Notes under the pieces: model-generated
Databases searched by the model: none
The model's input: the letters and a program-made list of their open reading frames with translations, nothing else
What the model was told of the DNA's origin: nothing
Part shown: positions 24,573-38,379 of the stretch, one piece after another
Layout: the number at the start of each line of letters is the position of its first letter
Numbering within the stretch: the first letter of the stretch is position 1
Source: Octopus sinensis
Taxonomy: Eukaryota
DNA: 64,000 nucleotides
Assembly (NCBI RefSeq): GCF_006345805.1
Contig: NC_043008.1
Coordinates: 27,280,001 to 27,344,000 of the forward strand
Direction of reading: 5' to 3'
Program-made: the position numbers and the translations under genes

Positions 24573-25899
24573 TGCTGCTACTCACACTGCTGCTTGTGGA
24601 AGTTACAGCAAATATCATAGTGATATATATTTCTATAGCAACCATGGTTTTGAATACCATATTTAAATATGGAAACATTATAATTCACAATAGTATGATT
24701 GAAGCTATTATATTTATTCTAATTATGGAATATCTTATTTTAAACATGTTTTCATTAACTTTAAATTAAATTCTCAATATAACAACTGGAAACACCCTTT
24801 TCTTCAAAAGATATTTGTCAATCATCTGTCAGGTTCGATGGCTTTGTTTTAATTTCTAAATGTATGTTTCCTTTATTTTCCTGTCTTCCTTTTTATGCTG
24901 ATTTCTTCCTTGAATTGACATCTTTTTCAGATATTCTGTTTAAAATGTAACTTGGCAATCTAAATAATCCAAATGTATTTGTCCTGTGCGTTTTGTCATT
25001 TGCAAATAAAAATAAAAGCAGGTTTTACCAGAGCCTTGGGAAAACTAGAGAACAATACACATAACTTGACATATGTAAATTTTGAGAAGAGTAACTTCGG
25101 TGACTCTGTTTAATAAAATCTAAATCTTTACATTTTGACAACTTTAAAAGTATATGCTATTCTTCTATACTTCAGATTTATATCGATCGCTTTTCTCATA
25201 CCATTATACTTATATATTTCACGAGTATAAACCTTATTCTCTTTATCATACACATCATCGTCTTCATCTAATATCTAAATTCCATTCTTTGGTGGAAGCA
25301 TCTTAAAATCTCATTAAAATATTGAGTTAGTTAATATTGTTCAATCTAAAATCATAACCTTTTTAACACAACCAGTTTCCAATTCTTAAACCTCTTTTAA
25401 TTGCGCGCTCTAATACAAATGATTTATAACATTAAGAAAAACGTGTATGCCACAGATATCAATTCCTACCCTCTTCAAATTAAAATTTTAAAAGAATGTC
25501 AAATCATATTTATTTTGCTTCTTGATGTTTTCCCACAACATTGGTATCGATAGTCTGGTCATAATTAGTGAAGATGTATTTCAGGTATTTACTGTAGCAT
25601 TTGATATTTCGGAAACATTCTTGAAGTATCTTACCAACCCATTTATTTACTTGTGCATTTCTCAGGTTATCATGTTTACTTTTCAGCAAAGTTTAACACG
25701 CAACTGTTTATCTCCGGGATTCTGCGAAATAAGATATAGGGAATCGAAATAAATGCATACACAATTCCATAACATTACGCCAATGGAATCTATTTCCATA
25801 TATGTATTACATGTAAGATTTTAAAACAATAATAATTCATAATTAAGAGCTGAGTAGATCTCATCATCTACACTGAAGGCAGAACGGATTTAGAATTAC

Positions 25900-26280
25900 T
25901 CTATAATTTTTGATGGCGACTTTTCCATCATAATATTATGTGCAAGTTATTTGTTAATTAGTGTAATGCAAGTCGATGTTGATGAATTGAGGACATATAG
26001 CAAGGAATGTTTATTTAATGAACCAGATGAAATAGATATTTCACTACAAGCTCGGTTATCCAGAAGAATTACTATGCAAGATGGAAGCAAGAAGAATGTA
26101 TTTGAATGCGAAATCCATAACATTAATATCTATGTATTAAATGACTACCCATTCAAATTCAATAAAATATTTTTAACCGATGAAACTTCGTTTTATTTGG
26201 GTTGTAAAGACATCAATAATGTTTTACGATAAGTTTCAATTATCAGCTTCAAAAGCTAGTATTCTGTGTTGAAGGTGGAT
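25900..26280 (+). mobile_element. Ancient Tc1/mariner-like transposase remnant
   Basis: KIFLTDETSFYLG resembles the first catalytic-D motif (IFSDEAHFHLxG). Little else is recognisable. Confidence 0.35.
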
Positions 26281-29200
26281 TAAAAGAATAGTCATATAAG
26301 AAAGCTTATCGAGAACACATGCACAAATTATTATTACTATTATTACATTTTCTTGCTAGATTAGAGTTATTTTATTAATTTGCCAAGTATATTCTCAAAT
26401 ACCTTTCGCAAAGTGTACATACACACATACATACATGCATGCATGCATATACACTTATACGCACGCATACACATATACATACATACATAAATATATACAT
26501 GCATGCGTGCATGCATGTATGTATATGCGTGTGTGTGTTCATATAACGTACGAACAAATGGTAGTACCCTAAAGCCGCTATTAAGAATAGAGTAATCTGC
26601 TATATAGAAAACTGCCATACTGAACATCATAGAGGTTAAACATCGTAAAAGGGATGAGAAATATTTTCCAACTGTGTTAAGGTGATGATAAGGGAAAAAC
26701 ATAAGCAATAAAACTTTACGAGTGTTTACTTTTACAAATGTCCAAAATATGTATGAAAATTGGAAAGATGTGTCTACAATTATCTACAAACCTTGCTTTT
26801 GCGACCTCACTCATAATATTTCAAAATGTATCTATTTTGCAAAACATTTCCCATAGATTTATTGCTCTGGAAGAAACAGAATTTTCTCGAAAGATGTTAA
26901 CGTTTCTAGTAAGTTTTAAGAATTATCTAGAAATGTTTTTAGCACTATCGTATTATATATATAACTTTTTCTTCTATATTAAACATGTCCTTGAAGATTA
27001 GTTCTAGATACTTAGCTGGATAACCCTATATCATTTATTAAGTTGGTGTCGATGTATTGCAAGCAGTTGCCTAAGGCAGTAAAGTGCTTGTGGCTAATTT
27101 ATAAAGACTAGCTGAATCTCTGCCCTCCAGGCGGTCGATTCAGCTGGTACATATCAAAACTGTATGTAGTTTGAAAGTAAAAAGTGAAACTTAAATTTTC
27201 TTAAAGAATTTCCTTATAGACAACGTTACGAGTGCAGATTCCTTTCATACTTTTGTACTCTGTGCCCAAAACCAATATATGAATATTATTCCTAGAACCA
27301 ACCCTGCTGTTGGCAACATAGAACTGGCCATGGCTGAACATAGGTGTTGGCAGGTGAATTCCAACTGTTTCTAAGGTCTGGCTCTGAAATTTGTTTGATG
27401 TTATTCCAAAAGCTGGCTTGATAGGAAACTGCTTCCTGGAAAATGAGAACGGGTAGTCTTCAGTGGTGGTCAGTAGAATTCGTAGTATCATTATTCGGAT
27501 TTCAGCATGTGTCCCATTGACCACTTCTGCTTCAATACGGTGGTTGTGCAGATTCAAGACTAAATATCTTGTTCCGTTGCAATGACCTACTGCTGGATCA
27601 AGGTTTCTGAGCAGCATAATAGAAGAGTGATTCTTCAGAACCAAAATGTGTGGTCGAAATAATCTGCTTCCAGTCTCATGAAAACAAAACAATCAGACTA
27701 ACAAACGGCTTCACTGCTTCTTGTTTAACTACTCTGAGACTGCGATCAACACATTCATAGACATGCCTATGGCCCATTCTAACCTCGTCAATAACCAGTA
27801 GCCTTGCCTTTTGGAAAAAGTTTTCCACATATTCACTTATTTTCATATGACACATACATTACTCTGTATTTCTCAGTGGATTACGGCATCTGGAGTACAA
27901 CGTTCGCCCATTTTCCAGCAAGGTGGCAGCAATTCTGGAAACTGAAATGGCAACAACAATATGGACTTGTGACCGAACTTCAGTTAGAATCAGATTGATT
28001 GTGTAAGTTTACCCAGAGTCAACACTCGCTTTCCAGCAATATTTTCCTCGGCTTTTTTTTTAAATGATCCAACAATTTGGTCAAATACATACTTCTGTTC
28101 ATCATTTAGTATTGGATGCATCACGAAAACATAGTCAGAAAGAGCAGCTCTATCAAAATTTAGCTCTTTCTGCAGCATCATAGGCAGAGCCTCTAGTTCA
28201 CTTTTAAAATCTGGCTCTGGAAGAACAAGATTTGCCATTTTGACTTCTTCTCTAGTCACTCTTACTTTGATAGAATGCAGCACCTCATTGTAAAAGAGTT
28301 CTGTCGGTTTTCCTATGCGATTTTGCCTTTTGCTGTCATCATACAATGCATCCTTGTATTTTTCACATAAACCTTTGGCATCAAATAAGCAGAACGGTAC
28401 AAAATACGTGTCTTAGCTGGTCACTGAAACAGTGATGTTTGGCTTCATCTTATGTTTTAATGATTTCCTCTTGTAAAGGTCCCAGCTTTGTGCGCACATC
28501 TTGGTAGTTGAAACATAGACCACCATTAACAATCCATAAGTCAGTGTAGGATTGAGGGACCTTTGACGCGATGCAGTAGCGTCCTTGTGTAATATAATTC
28601 CTTCTGCTGGACATTTTAAGCGTCAATGGGAATGCGACTAATAGTACTGGTTACATAGATTCCATCTTCCCTTATAGTTCCCCATTTCCTCGTTTGCCAT
28701 TTCTTTTTTTTATTCCAAGTTTAATACTTTGGAATTTCAGCATATAGCTTGTCTCTTGCGACGCAGTCATATTTATTTAATGTTGAAAAACTCAATCAAA
28801 GTTGTTTTTGCTACAAGCTCAAGGTTTTCAGGTAGCTCATCATCGAAAGTAAAGTAAGAGATTGTTGATTTTTCAAATGGCATGAGAAATTTATGACAGC
28901 GGGATGTCTGGAATGGATTGAAATTCAGTATATCTTCCAAAATGCCTCACTAGGTGAGATGTATCTTGAATTTTGGTAAGTGTCAGTATTATTATCCACC
29001 ACGTTAACGATTGCATTGTTAAACTCTTCAGGCATTCCAATTGTTTCATCAGCACTGCTTGATCGGATATGAACGTTGACTCTACCAGGCCCTTAGTGAG
29101 GTACTTGAAAAGATATTTCACCGCCAGTACAGTGTGCACAAACTCAACATTTAGATGACAGTTGTATCGGAAAAATAGGAATGGGTTGTATGACACCATG

Positions 29201-30989
29201 AATCTGTTACCTACTTCAGTAGAAGTCCGAGTAGTTGTAATAGTGTGTGTCCTGCCTCCAAAGATTGGTGGCCGAAGTCTGTATTCTGGATAGGCATCAT
29301 CACCCACAAGTGTGGTACTTCTGCATTGTTTGGTAAATGATTTGTGCATTTTGTTGGATCACCATCTATGCATGTACCATTTGGATTATGGCATCCACAG
29401 GGTCTGCGAATGTTGTTGTTTTTACAACAATCTTCAATAGATCTGAATTCATATCCTTATCTGGTTATCTCTGCACATACAACTGGATTAATAAATTCTG
29501 GCGTTCTTAGCGTGTCTGTATCAGCCATAAAGAGCAATATGTGGACATGAGGAAGACCTTTCTTCTGCCATTCAATTGTAGAGACATGTGCCTATACTTT
29601 TCCCAAGACATTCTTCTTTAACAGATCATACTTCAGAGAGTTGTACTTCATTTTAAACACTCTAGCTGAAATGTCAGGTCGATCCTGTGTTCTTTCACCT
29701 TCAAACAGGGCTTCCATCTTCTCAGTCCAGTATGGGTTGTTTGTCATAGTGATAGAGTGGTCTGGCTTTCCAAACTCTCCCACTAGAGCCATTCCAACTT
29801 GGAAACACTCCGTGTAAAATCGAGGAGAACCAGTGTGTGATGGCGGAGGAATGATTTTGAACCCTACGTCATTCATGTCACCATTTGGAATAGCATCCGG
29901 AAGGCCCTGGTACTTTTCAGCCTTAAGCTGCTTCTGTTGAGTTCTCAGGAAGTGTAATCGATCTTGATCTATCTATCTTATCTGAAGCCGATAAGAATAA
30001 AAGTCACATTCAGTGATGTTTTTGCTTCGATCACTGTTCTTTAAAAATCACATTCCAGCTATCTCCGCATAGGGAAACAGAAGTACATAATGAAGAGGGT
30101 CATCGTTTCTGTAGATTTGACTAATATAACTTCCCACTGTTTGCTCTGTACTGGTCAACAACATCCACAAGTTTAATATTGGTATTATTAGTATCATCTC
30201 CAACTATGATCACAGCGACTTTTGATGCAGTCGGTGGATTATAAGTTCTCTCATTTGACGCAGCAGAAATAAGCCGTTTGTCATGACTTATAATATCACC
30301 GGTAGAATATTTTCCTGGTGCAGAGTATTCCTTACTTATATCAATAGCCTGTTCAAAACCTTTGACATACAGACTGTGTATATGCAGGGCTCTCTGCAAG
30401 TCTAGCAAGATATTCTCATTAAGGTTATTGTCTGATCCTCTGAATGACAACTTGCTTTCAGCTCATCTTCAGTGTCAACGAATTACAGCTGTGCGTAGAC
30501 TGGCTTCCTATTTACTGCTGGTAGAGGACTTCCAAAGCTGTGACACAACTTACCTTGAATTTTGAAAGATGGCATAAAAGTGCTACCATCCTACGGTCCA
30601 ACTGGTGGATTATCCATTCCAAATGAAGCCATAGCCAGTAAATTGTTGTAGTCAAGAATTTTGTTCAGAAACATTTGACCGCTTAGATTAACATCATAGT
30701 ACTTAGCTATTAATTCTGTGGGCTTTTTTTGATATGTGGAACTTTGTCCTTGCTAATTTTACCTTTGTCACAGCGCAGCGTAGTCTTCTGAGCATCCCAA
30801 AAGTAAGCTTTGTAGTCAGGACATGTTCAGTTAAAAATGTTTCCACAGTAGTACAATATGAGGCTTAGGTTTCGTTCTTTCTCATGAAAATCTGTCACAT
30901 CAACTACCATAGCCATTCTCTCAGTGTCCGTTCTTTGTGGAGGAAATCTCGATTATTATCGTGCCTGGTTGTTTGCTTATCGCTGCTGA

Positions 30990-31260
30990 ATTTGTAGGAA
31001 CGACGTGTTTTCCTTAGAATCCTGTTTCCTCAGCCGATCAATATTTGTCCGTGCTTCTGTTTCTCGTGGTGTTTCCACTGCACGGCCTTTCTGTGTTCTC
31101 AGCCGGTTCACATTTCTCCGTTCTTCTCTTTTACCTGATCTTTCCATTGCACGGGTTTCCTGTCTCCTCAGCCGATCTACATTTCTCCGTGCCGCTGTTT
31201 CTTCTGATGTTTCCATTGCACGGGTTTCTTGCAATCACCTTCGCTTTACTTCGAGATACT
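30990..31260 (-). repeat. 69-bp (23-aa) STPR-like coding repeats at the Helitron N-terminus
   Basis: QETRAMETSEETAARRNVDRLRR / QETRAMERSGKREERRNVNRLRT / QKGRAVETPRETEARTNIDRLRK. Confidence 0.75.
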
Positions 31261-31517
31261 GAGAAGAGCTAGGTCCTTGTCTACTTTCTTCAATTAGCGT
31301 CTTTTGTCTGTGCTCAGCAATCTTTTGTGAACGGGGAATTTTTCGAGACAGGTTGTTGACATTCTTTTTTCTGGGCACAGTATTCTGTTGAAAGCGTGAA
31401 TATTTATGACAACTATACAGTAAAAATTTTGAGACGATTCAGCTAGTATTTGAGCCAATTTCTATGAAAGGGACGTTTTCACGGTAGTAATTGTAAATAT
31501 TTACCTTGGGTATTTAT

Positions 31518-31963
31518 TTACAAGTACACCACTCTCTCTAAACACTATTTAAAGTGCAATTTTATGTTGTTGAATTGCTGTAAACGAATTTAACCATACA
31601 CATGTATGAAAGTTAATATTTTTAAGGTAATATTAAAATTAGTCGAACCTATTTTCATGCAGTCGAATGCATAAAGTTTCCGAAAGTTTCGTATTATTTA
31701 CGTCTGCTATTTCAGAATTCTACGCTTGCATGAAATATCAGGCAACAGTACATTCAATAACATATTCATTCACGCAACGATGTAAACAGACATAAGAATA
31801 GCTCCGACGGTCGGTGGCATGAAAATAGGTCCGATATATTTTATTAATATCCTTAAAAAATACTAAATTTCCGACATATTTATGGTCAAATTCGTTTAGA
31901 GCAATTCAATAACATAAAAATAGCACTTTAAGATAGTGTTTTGCAAGTATGGTGTAATTGTAA
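31518..31963. repeat. Diverged ~145-bp inverted repeat
   Basis: 31518-31660 aligns to the reverse complement of 31817-31963 (e.g. ttttatgttgttgaattgctgtaaacgaattt vs aaattcgtttagagcaattcaataacataaaa). Confidence 0.85.
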
Positions 31964-32134
31964 TTTTCACCGAAGACTAACAGGATTTTTTTTTTCAAAA
32001 TGAAACCGCTGATAGAAACATTGAATAGAACGCAACCAGTTAAAAGAGAATGACGTAAGAGAAGTAGTAAAGGTGAGTGTGTGTGTGTGGGGAGTTATGA
32101 GACGTAACATTCTATGAAAGAGTGAGTTCAATAC

Positions 32135-32187
<53 letters not shown>

Positions 32188-33039
32188 TTGTGTGTATACT
32201 GTGTGAGAGAGAAACATTAAAGTAACACCGAAGGAAACAGAAAAGAGAGCAACCGGTTAAGAGGGAGTCAGTTAAGAGAATCAGTAAATATGTAGGAGGG
32301 AGAGACAGAGATATGAGAGGCTACATTGTCTGCAATTCTGTCAATTATCACTCCTCAACTACAGACCTCAATAAGAGAAAGAGTTACTGAGCATGAGGAA
32401 TAGCAGGAGAGTCACTGACTATTCACCTGCAGAAAAAGAGCGAGATTAGCCTGCAATACACGGAATTCTTCATCAAAATTAGTAAGACGTGTAAAAGCAG
32501 CATTGGATAGACAGTGTTGTGCATTAATTTGGAACTTCCGGTATAATCACGCTGTAGAAGAATATGCGAATCATATGGTGACTCTGGTTCTAACGTAAAG
32601 TAATAAGTGTACTGATTTTCATGAAAGGTTTATATCCTTTGTGCACATCTTGAAAAAATAATGTTGGTCATAGTTGGTCATTAAGAAGAGTGATCGTTTC
32701 TCTAGAATACACTGGATTTTAAAGTCCGTTATAATTAAAACAGAATGGCAGGCGAATTTCATGCTGAGGCGTAAAAGTGAATAACATTATAATCCTCAAT
32801 TTTGAGAAACTACTAAATTTTAAACTTTCCTGTTCACTTAAGCCAATTACTCTTTAAATATAATTTATATGCTGTTCATCTTTCTGAAGCGCATGAAAAT
32901 GTTAAACTTCTGCTGTGTTCCAGTCGTATTAAATTACATTGAAATTATCACTTTGTGGCAGAAATCGGAGTTAAGTGTGATGGAAATGTTAATAAATTTT
33001 GAATAATTGTTTATGAAATACAATTAGAAACGAAATATT

Positions 33040-33800
33040 GTCACCCAGGAAGGAAAATGTTTTGAAAAGAATCATTTGCTTTTCGCATACAGCTACATGG
33101 ATTCACACAAATAGGTGGGTGGGGTCAAGTCATACAAAGAATTCAAGAGAAAGTCATTTAAAAAAGACACTGAACAATGACCAAGGTAGAACCGACAGGT
33201 TTTCCGAAGAATATATTTAATAATGATAAAAGAGGTGATATGCATTATGATGCGAAAAGTCTCATTGTGCCATGTTTCGAGAAACCAGTCTCTTCACTGC
33301 AACATCTAATATATTTATCGAAATTTTGCTATAAACAGATTGTAATATCAATGATATTGAAATGCAGTTGGGTCCATGAGCAGAAGAGGAAAGAGTGATT
33401 TGCAGAATGGAAAATAATGTAGTAATATAGTATTGACGAGTATATTATGCTAATCATTTAAATCATCTTGCTAAAACTTAAAGAAAAAAATAAGTAGTAG
33501 CTCAATTAGATGCATTCACTAGTGTCCATAGAGAATGCTGACAAGACTCTGTTTAGTGAAAGTTGATATTGAAGAAATATGTGCACAAGAACAAAATTTA
33601 AACGCGTGCTGAATGGAATTTAAATAAAAAAAGTTCTGCAAAATAGTGACGGTCAAATTTACGTATGATGCAAAAATCAAAATGAACATTGGATTGTAGT
33701 GAGATGATAGGCCTCAAGTACCATCACATCCGCCGTGATATATCATATATGGCAAAAGCTTTCAAACCAAGATAAAAGAGACATGAGGTTAAGATTTTGT
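33040..33800 (+). mobile_element. Highly decayed mariner-like remnant
   Basis: VPSHPP*YIIYG resembles a decayed HPPYSPD(L/M)A, and tatgatgca resembles an HDNA-like motif. Confidence 0.3.
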
Positions 33801-34518
33801 TGTGTGTGATGATGAGAAAATTATGGTGATGATGACAATGCTGATTATTCTAATGAGACAATGTATACGAAAGTACATAGGCTTTATCCAAAATCGTATG
33901 TAGATATGTATGTATGAAATGTGTGGAAGGGTGAAACATTCTGGAAAGTATTTTTTGCGGAGTTATTACATATCAAAAGATATTGGGAAAAGAGTTTGCT
34001 GTTATTTTTTCACCATTACACATGCTTTGTTTTCTAATTGGGTTACAGAATTGTGCATATCGTAGAAACATGTAAGGCATCTCCATAAAAACTTTTTTTT
34101 CTGTTAGAGGATTAAATAATAAAAAAAAAATTAACGAAAACTTTATATATAGTTAGTAATCAGGAGTCCTTTAGATTGTTGGAGGAGACAATAAAGAAAA
34201 AAAGTTAGTAATATAGAGAATAGAATCAGAATATACATACCTTTTACTACAGGCTACATTTTATAATCTAATTTATATATTATTTATCAGAAGCATTTTC
34301 ATTTTACTGTCCTACATCACATCTTCCAAAGTGCTTTTCCGTCTCAATAAGTTTTTCACTATATAAGAACTCATCAGCTTATGTCATCTGCATGTAATTG
34401 AAAATACGAATCAATAAGACTTACTCTCCCCGCTTTCTTAAGCATATAGCATAATATCGTTGGTTTTATAATGAACCTATTCATTCTCCAAATTATAGAT
34501 CTCCCACTTTCTCCCGCT

Positions 34519-34574
<56 letters not shown>

Positions 34575-34655
34575 ATATGCACGTCTATACGAATATTCGC
34601 TATCATAATTCTTTTTGTATATGAGAATTTTTGCACACGTTGATGAGGTATGGAT

Positions 34656-34727
<72 letters not shown>

Positions 34728-34762
34728 GTATATGTATATATGTATATATATGCATATATATG

Positions 34763-34822
<60 letters not shown>

Positions 34823-35454
34823 GTGTTTGTGTGTGTGTGAGCATATATGTAAATCTACCCTTAGTACATCCTCTATATATCGAGTTTCCTGGTATGTAGA
34901 TAAACCTTTCATTTGTAGTATTCTTACTTCCTCCACAATTTGACAATTTTAGAAACCATAATATCGCCGTTAGAATATGAAGAAGATAAAGATTGTTCCA
35001 AGGAAGCAGCATTTAACTGACAACTTACAATGACACTGCCTATTTCGCAATAACAAAATATATGCAAAACATAAATTGAAAAGAAATAAATAAAATTATT
35101 AGTAAATAGTAAAAGTCCTAGTATTTGATATTAAGCGCCAAGTGTTGAACTCTGCTGAAAAATCATTCAACTAATTTACTAGATAAAAATTGATAACTTG
35201 CAAGTATAAAGGAACTTGAAAGAGAAATCATAAAAAATGTAGCACCGCACGTTAATTTTCTTTGGGCCTATAGCAAATAGTATATATTACGTATAAACAT
35301 ATTGTTACATAAGTGTTAGGGATGGATAAAATTAGCAAAATATAAACCAGATCATTGCATTAAATCTCATGTGCCAATACAGAAATTCTTCATATTACTG
35401 ATGGACCTTTGTAAAAACGAAAAATTAAATTATAAAAATAAAGGGGAAAATTGT

Positions 35455-35660
35455 GTGTTTGTGTTTGCCCTTACAACATCGCTTGACAACTGATGCTGGT
35501 GCGTTTACGCACATGTAACTTAGCGGTTCGACAAAAGAAACAGATGAAATAAATACTAGACTTACAAAGAAGAAATTCGGGGGTCGAGTTGTTCGACTAA
35601 AGGCGGTGCTCCAGCATGGCCGCAGTCAAATGCTTGAAACAAGTAAAAGAATAAAAGGAA
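35455..35660 (+). mobile_element. SINE 3' part
   Basis: Aligns with 1575-1725. Ends aaggcggtgctccagcatggccgcagtc..gaaacaagtaaaaga. Confidence 0.7.
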
Positions 35661-35749
35661 AGAATAATGCCTATTTACGATCCTTTTTTTAGAGTTCTAA
35701 GACTAAACACTATATTCGGAATATATCTATATATTGTCTTGAATCAAAT

Positions 35750-36590
35750 GTTTTGCAATATTCTGGTATCTGTTTCGCTTTACTTATCGAGTTACAACAA
35801 AAGCAGCCTAGCATTGAAGGTGGATGCCATGGGGTTGTACGACAAAAAACACCATTATATCAGTTCTTTGATCTCACGCTGATACCATTTCTTGTCCTTC
35901 GAAGCGAAGATATATTTCACTGAAGCTTCCACTTCCTTTTGGATGATGAAGCATTGTGAGCGAAGGAAGTGACCCATGCATCAGAACTAGTAATAATCCG
36001 AGGAAAATATTTGTTCGCAATCTTAACGTGCATAAGCAGTGGGCCATCTTCCGAAACCTGTCACAAAACATTGGCGCCTCGTCCGGTAGAATATTTGAGG
36101 GGATAATTCACTATGAGTTCATCCGAGCTGGTCGAAACATCAATGCCAACTTGTACTCCGAAACGCTGGGGCGGATATATGCCACTATGCGGCAAAAATA
36201 ACAGAAACAAAGCTCTTCTGCGGTGAGTAAACGCAAAACCTCGTTATACTCGAATGACTAAGAATAAACTCCAGGAAGTTGTTGGAATGAAAATGGTACC
36301 ATATTCAGCATATAGTATGGGCATATATCCTTCAGATTATTATTTTTACCGATGTATGGCGCAATTCCGGTGCGGGTGATGCTTCATTGTCCAAGAGGAT
36401 TTGAAACTTCAGTGATGGTGATTTTCGCCTCGAAGAACAAGACCTAGTGTCAGTATAGAATCACAGAACTGGCAAAAAAAGGGGCAACATGATGACTTCT
36501 ACTCTGAATGCTAAACTGCTTTCGTTGTAACTTGATGAATAAAGTAAAATAAGCTAGCAAGAAATTGCAATATTTCGACTCGACACAATA
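35750..36590 (+). mobile_element. Decayed mariner (DD34D) transposon
   Basis: EGIIHYEF...G.NINANLYSE.L.R, NAKPR, and HSAYSMGIYPSDYYF (decayed HPAYSPDLAPSDYYLF). Confidence 0.75.
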
Positions 36591-36619
36591 TAACAAAATG
36601 AGAAAATATATTTTAGTGA

Positions 36620-37379
36620 CAGAGGCGGTATTAATACGGAGAGGTAATATTCATCCACACTTAAGCGTGGATGTTCTCTTAGAAAAATTATACTGGGGCA
36701 GATACCACGAGAGAAATTCTCATATTAAATTTAGGAGCAAATTGTATTTTTGTTTATATCGTTAATAGGGAGGTAAATGCCCGACATCTCCAGCACCGAG
36801 ATCACCAGATCGCGGGACCTCGGTCTTCTTCGGTTTCATCAATGATGGAAGTTTGGACCTCTGGAGATCGCAGCGATTTATTTCCACACCAGTAATATAT
36901 ATTAAAAAAAAACAGTGCTAAAATAGGTTTCGCGATTAGCCAGTGAGCGTGTTAAAACATATAATTTATCGGCACAGGCATATTAGTATCAAGAGGTAAT
37001 ATTTATTCTCACTCAAACGTGGATTTAGTGTTACAATAAACTATACTGCAGTAGATACCAAGGAAATCTCATATTGGCTTTTGGTGCAAAATGCCCACTT
37101 GATTATATCGCTAGAGGTGAGATATATCCCCGTCACCTCCAGCGCTGAGACCACGAGATCACGTGACTTCGATCTTCCTTAACCTCGTCTGTGATGGCCA
37201 CTCGTCGCTGGAGATATCAGCGACTCATCTCCCCGCCAGCGATATCTAGAGAAACAGCGCCAGAAAAGACGCTGGTGTCGCGATTATCCAGTGAACTTGT
37301 TAAAAATACATATATTAGCGATAGAACAGCCACATTAAGCGGGTATAGATATTAATTCTCCGTATTAATAGTGCCTTTG
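36620..37379. mobile_element. MITE-like element with ~57-bp TIRs and an internal tandem duplication
   Basis: Left CAGAGGCGGTATTAATACGGAGA..GTGGATGTTCT matches the reverse complement of 37323-37379. A second left-TIR-like copy sits at ~36974. Confidence 0.75.
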
Positions 37380-38379
37380 CTGCAGTTACACTTACAAGAC
37401 ATTATGTTTCAGTAAACCTATCCTAAAATAAATAACGTAATTCTTAATGTTGTACCTACATTTTTGTACACTTGGATAACTTGGGAAAGCGTGCATCGCT
37501 GTTTGTTTACCAATTGTACTGCTTTTTTTAAAAACTCTACTTGAGAAAATCAATTTTCCAAATCTCATTTATCGTCTTACCTCCTTCTACAGGTAAATAT
37601 ATGTATGTATGTATGTTGAAATTTAAAAAATAATTATTTAAGCTTTTCTTGAGGGAGTTCAAGCCGGTCGCTAACATAGCGACAAAACTGGCTGAGTTAA
37701 GAGAGTTCCTGGTATTTATAATTAGGTGTTTGAATTGGTGTGTTGGCTAAACTATCGATCCACACACTCAAGTATATACATCTATTCACATAAGAATCTC
37801 GAATGTAGAATTTGGGGAATGTCTTACGAATCTTCGCTGTGCCATCAATAAATTGGATTTGGAATATCTTCTTTTGCTCGACCTCCATGAATCAAGTACT
37901 TCTAGGTTTGTGTGCAAATGTCTTGGTACATAACCTAATGCACCTATAATGATACGTACAAATTAGAATTCATAGTCAATGTACAAGACCAGAAATGTCT
38001 GCATTAATCTGCCATAAATGTTCTCTTTTTCCTTGATTTTGATTCTACATTCAAATCTGTTGAGCAGCCGACATCTGCGATTGTGCGTGGTATTTGTTCC
38101 CTGTTCCATGAAACAATACCAGATCTTTTATGTTTGCACTAAGCTCATGTTTTTATTGGGTTGTTCCACCAGTACACCATGTATTTCAATGTGTGATTAC
38201 CTGCTGGTTCTGACATGCTTTTGATGTATAAGTGAAGGTAGCACTTACTACAGATAGCATGGTAAATAGTCTTTACAACTGTATCATCCCTCAGGCATTT
38301 TAGGGCGGCTGATGACGATGTGGGTGATATTTTCTACACTGCAATAGAAAAGCTGAAATTTCTTTTCAGAACGTGGAGG

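Larger units (their letters stand above)
27108..32140 (-). mobile_element. Decayed autonomous-type Helitron (Rep/Helicase)
   Basis: Rep motifs HTGSPRF, FGKPD..ITMT.NP.W, IEWQKKGLPHVHILL, CHLNVE, AVKYLFKYLTKG. Helicase motifs LLRNL....HCNGTRY, RKQFPIKPAF.IT.NK.Q.QTL, FSHGQFYVA.SRV, NVVYKEIL. Hairpin + CTAG 3' end at 27108-27146. Many stops and deletions. The 5' boundary is uncertain. Confidence 0.9.

Noticed and set aside
24259-24678. Poly-V / poly-L-P ORFs
   Set aside because: Microsatellite translation.
34493-35012. YI-repeat ORFs (and similar VCMY ORFs at 16100-16660, 26367-26708, 43606-43853, 54274-54698)
   Set aside because: (TA)n and (TATG)n lack stop codons, so these are not genes.
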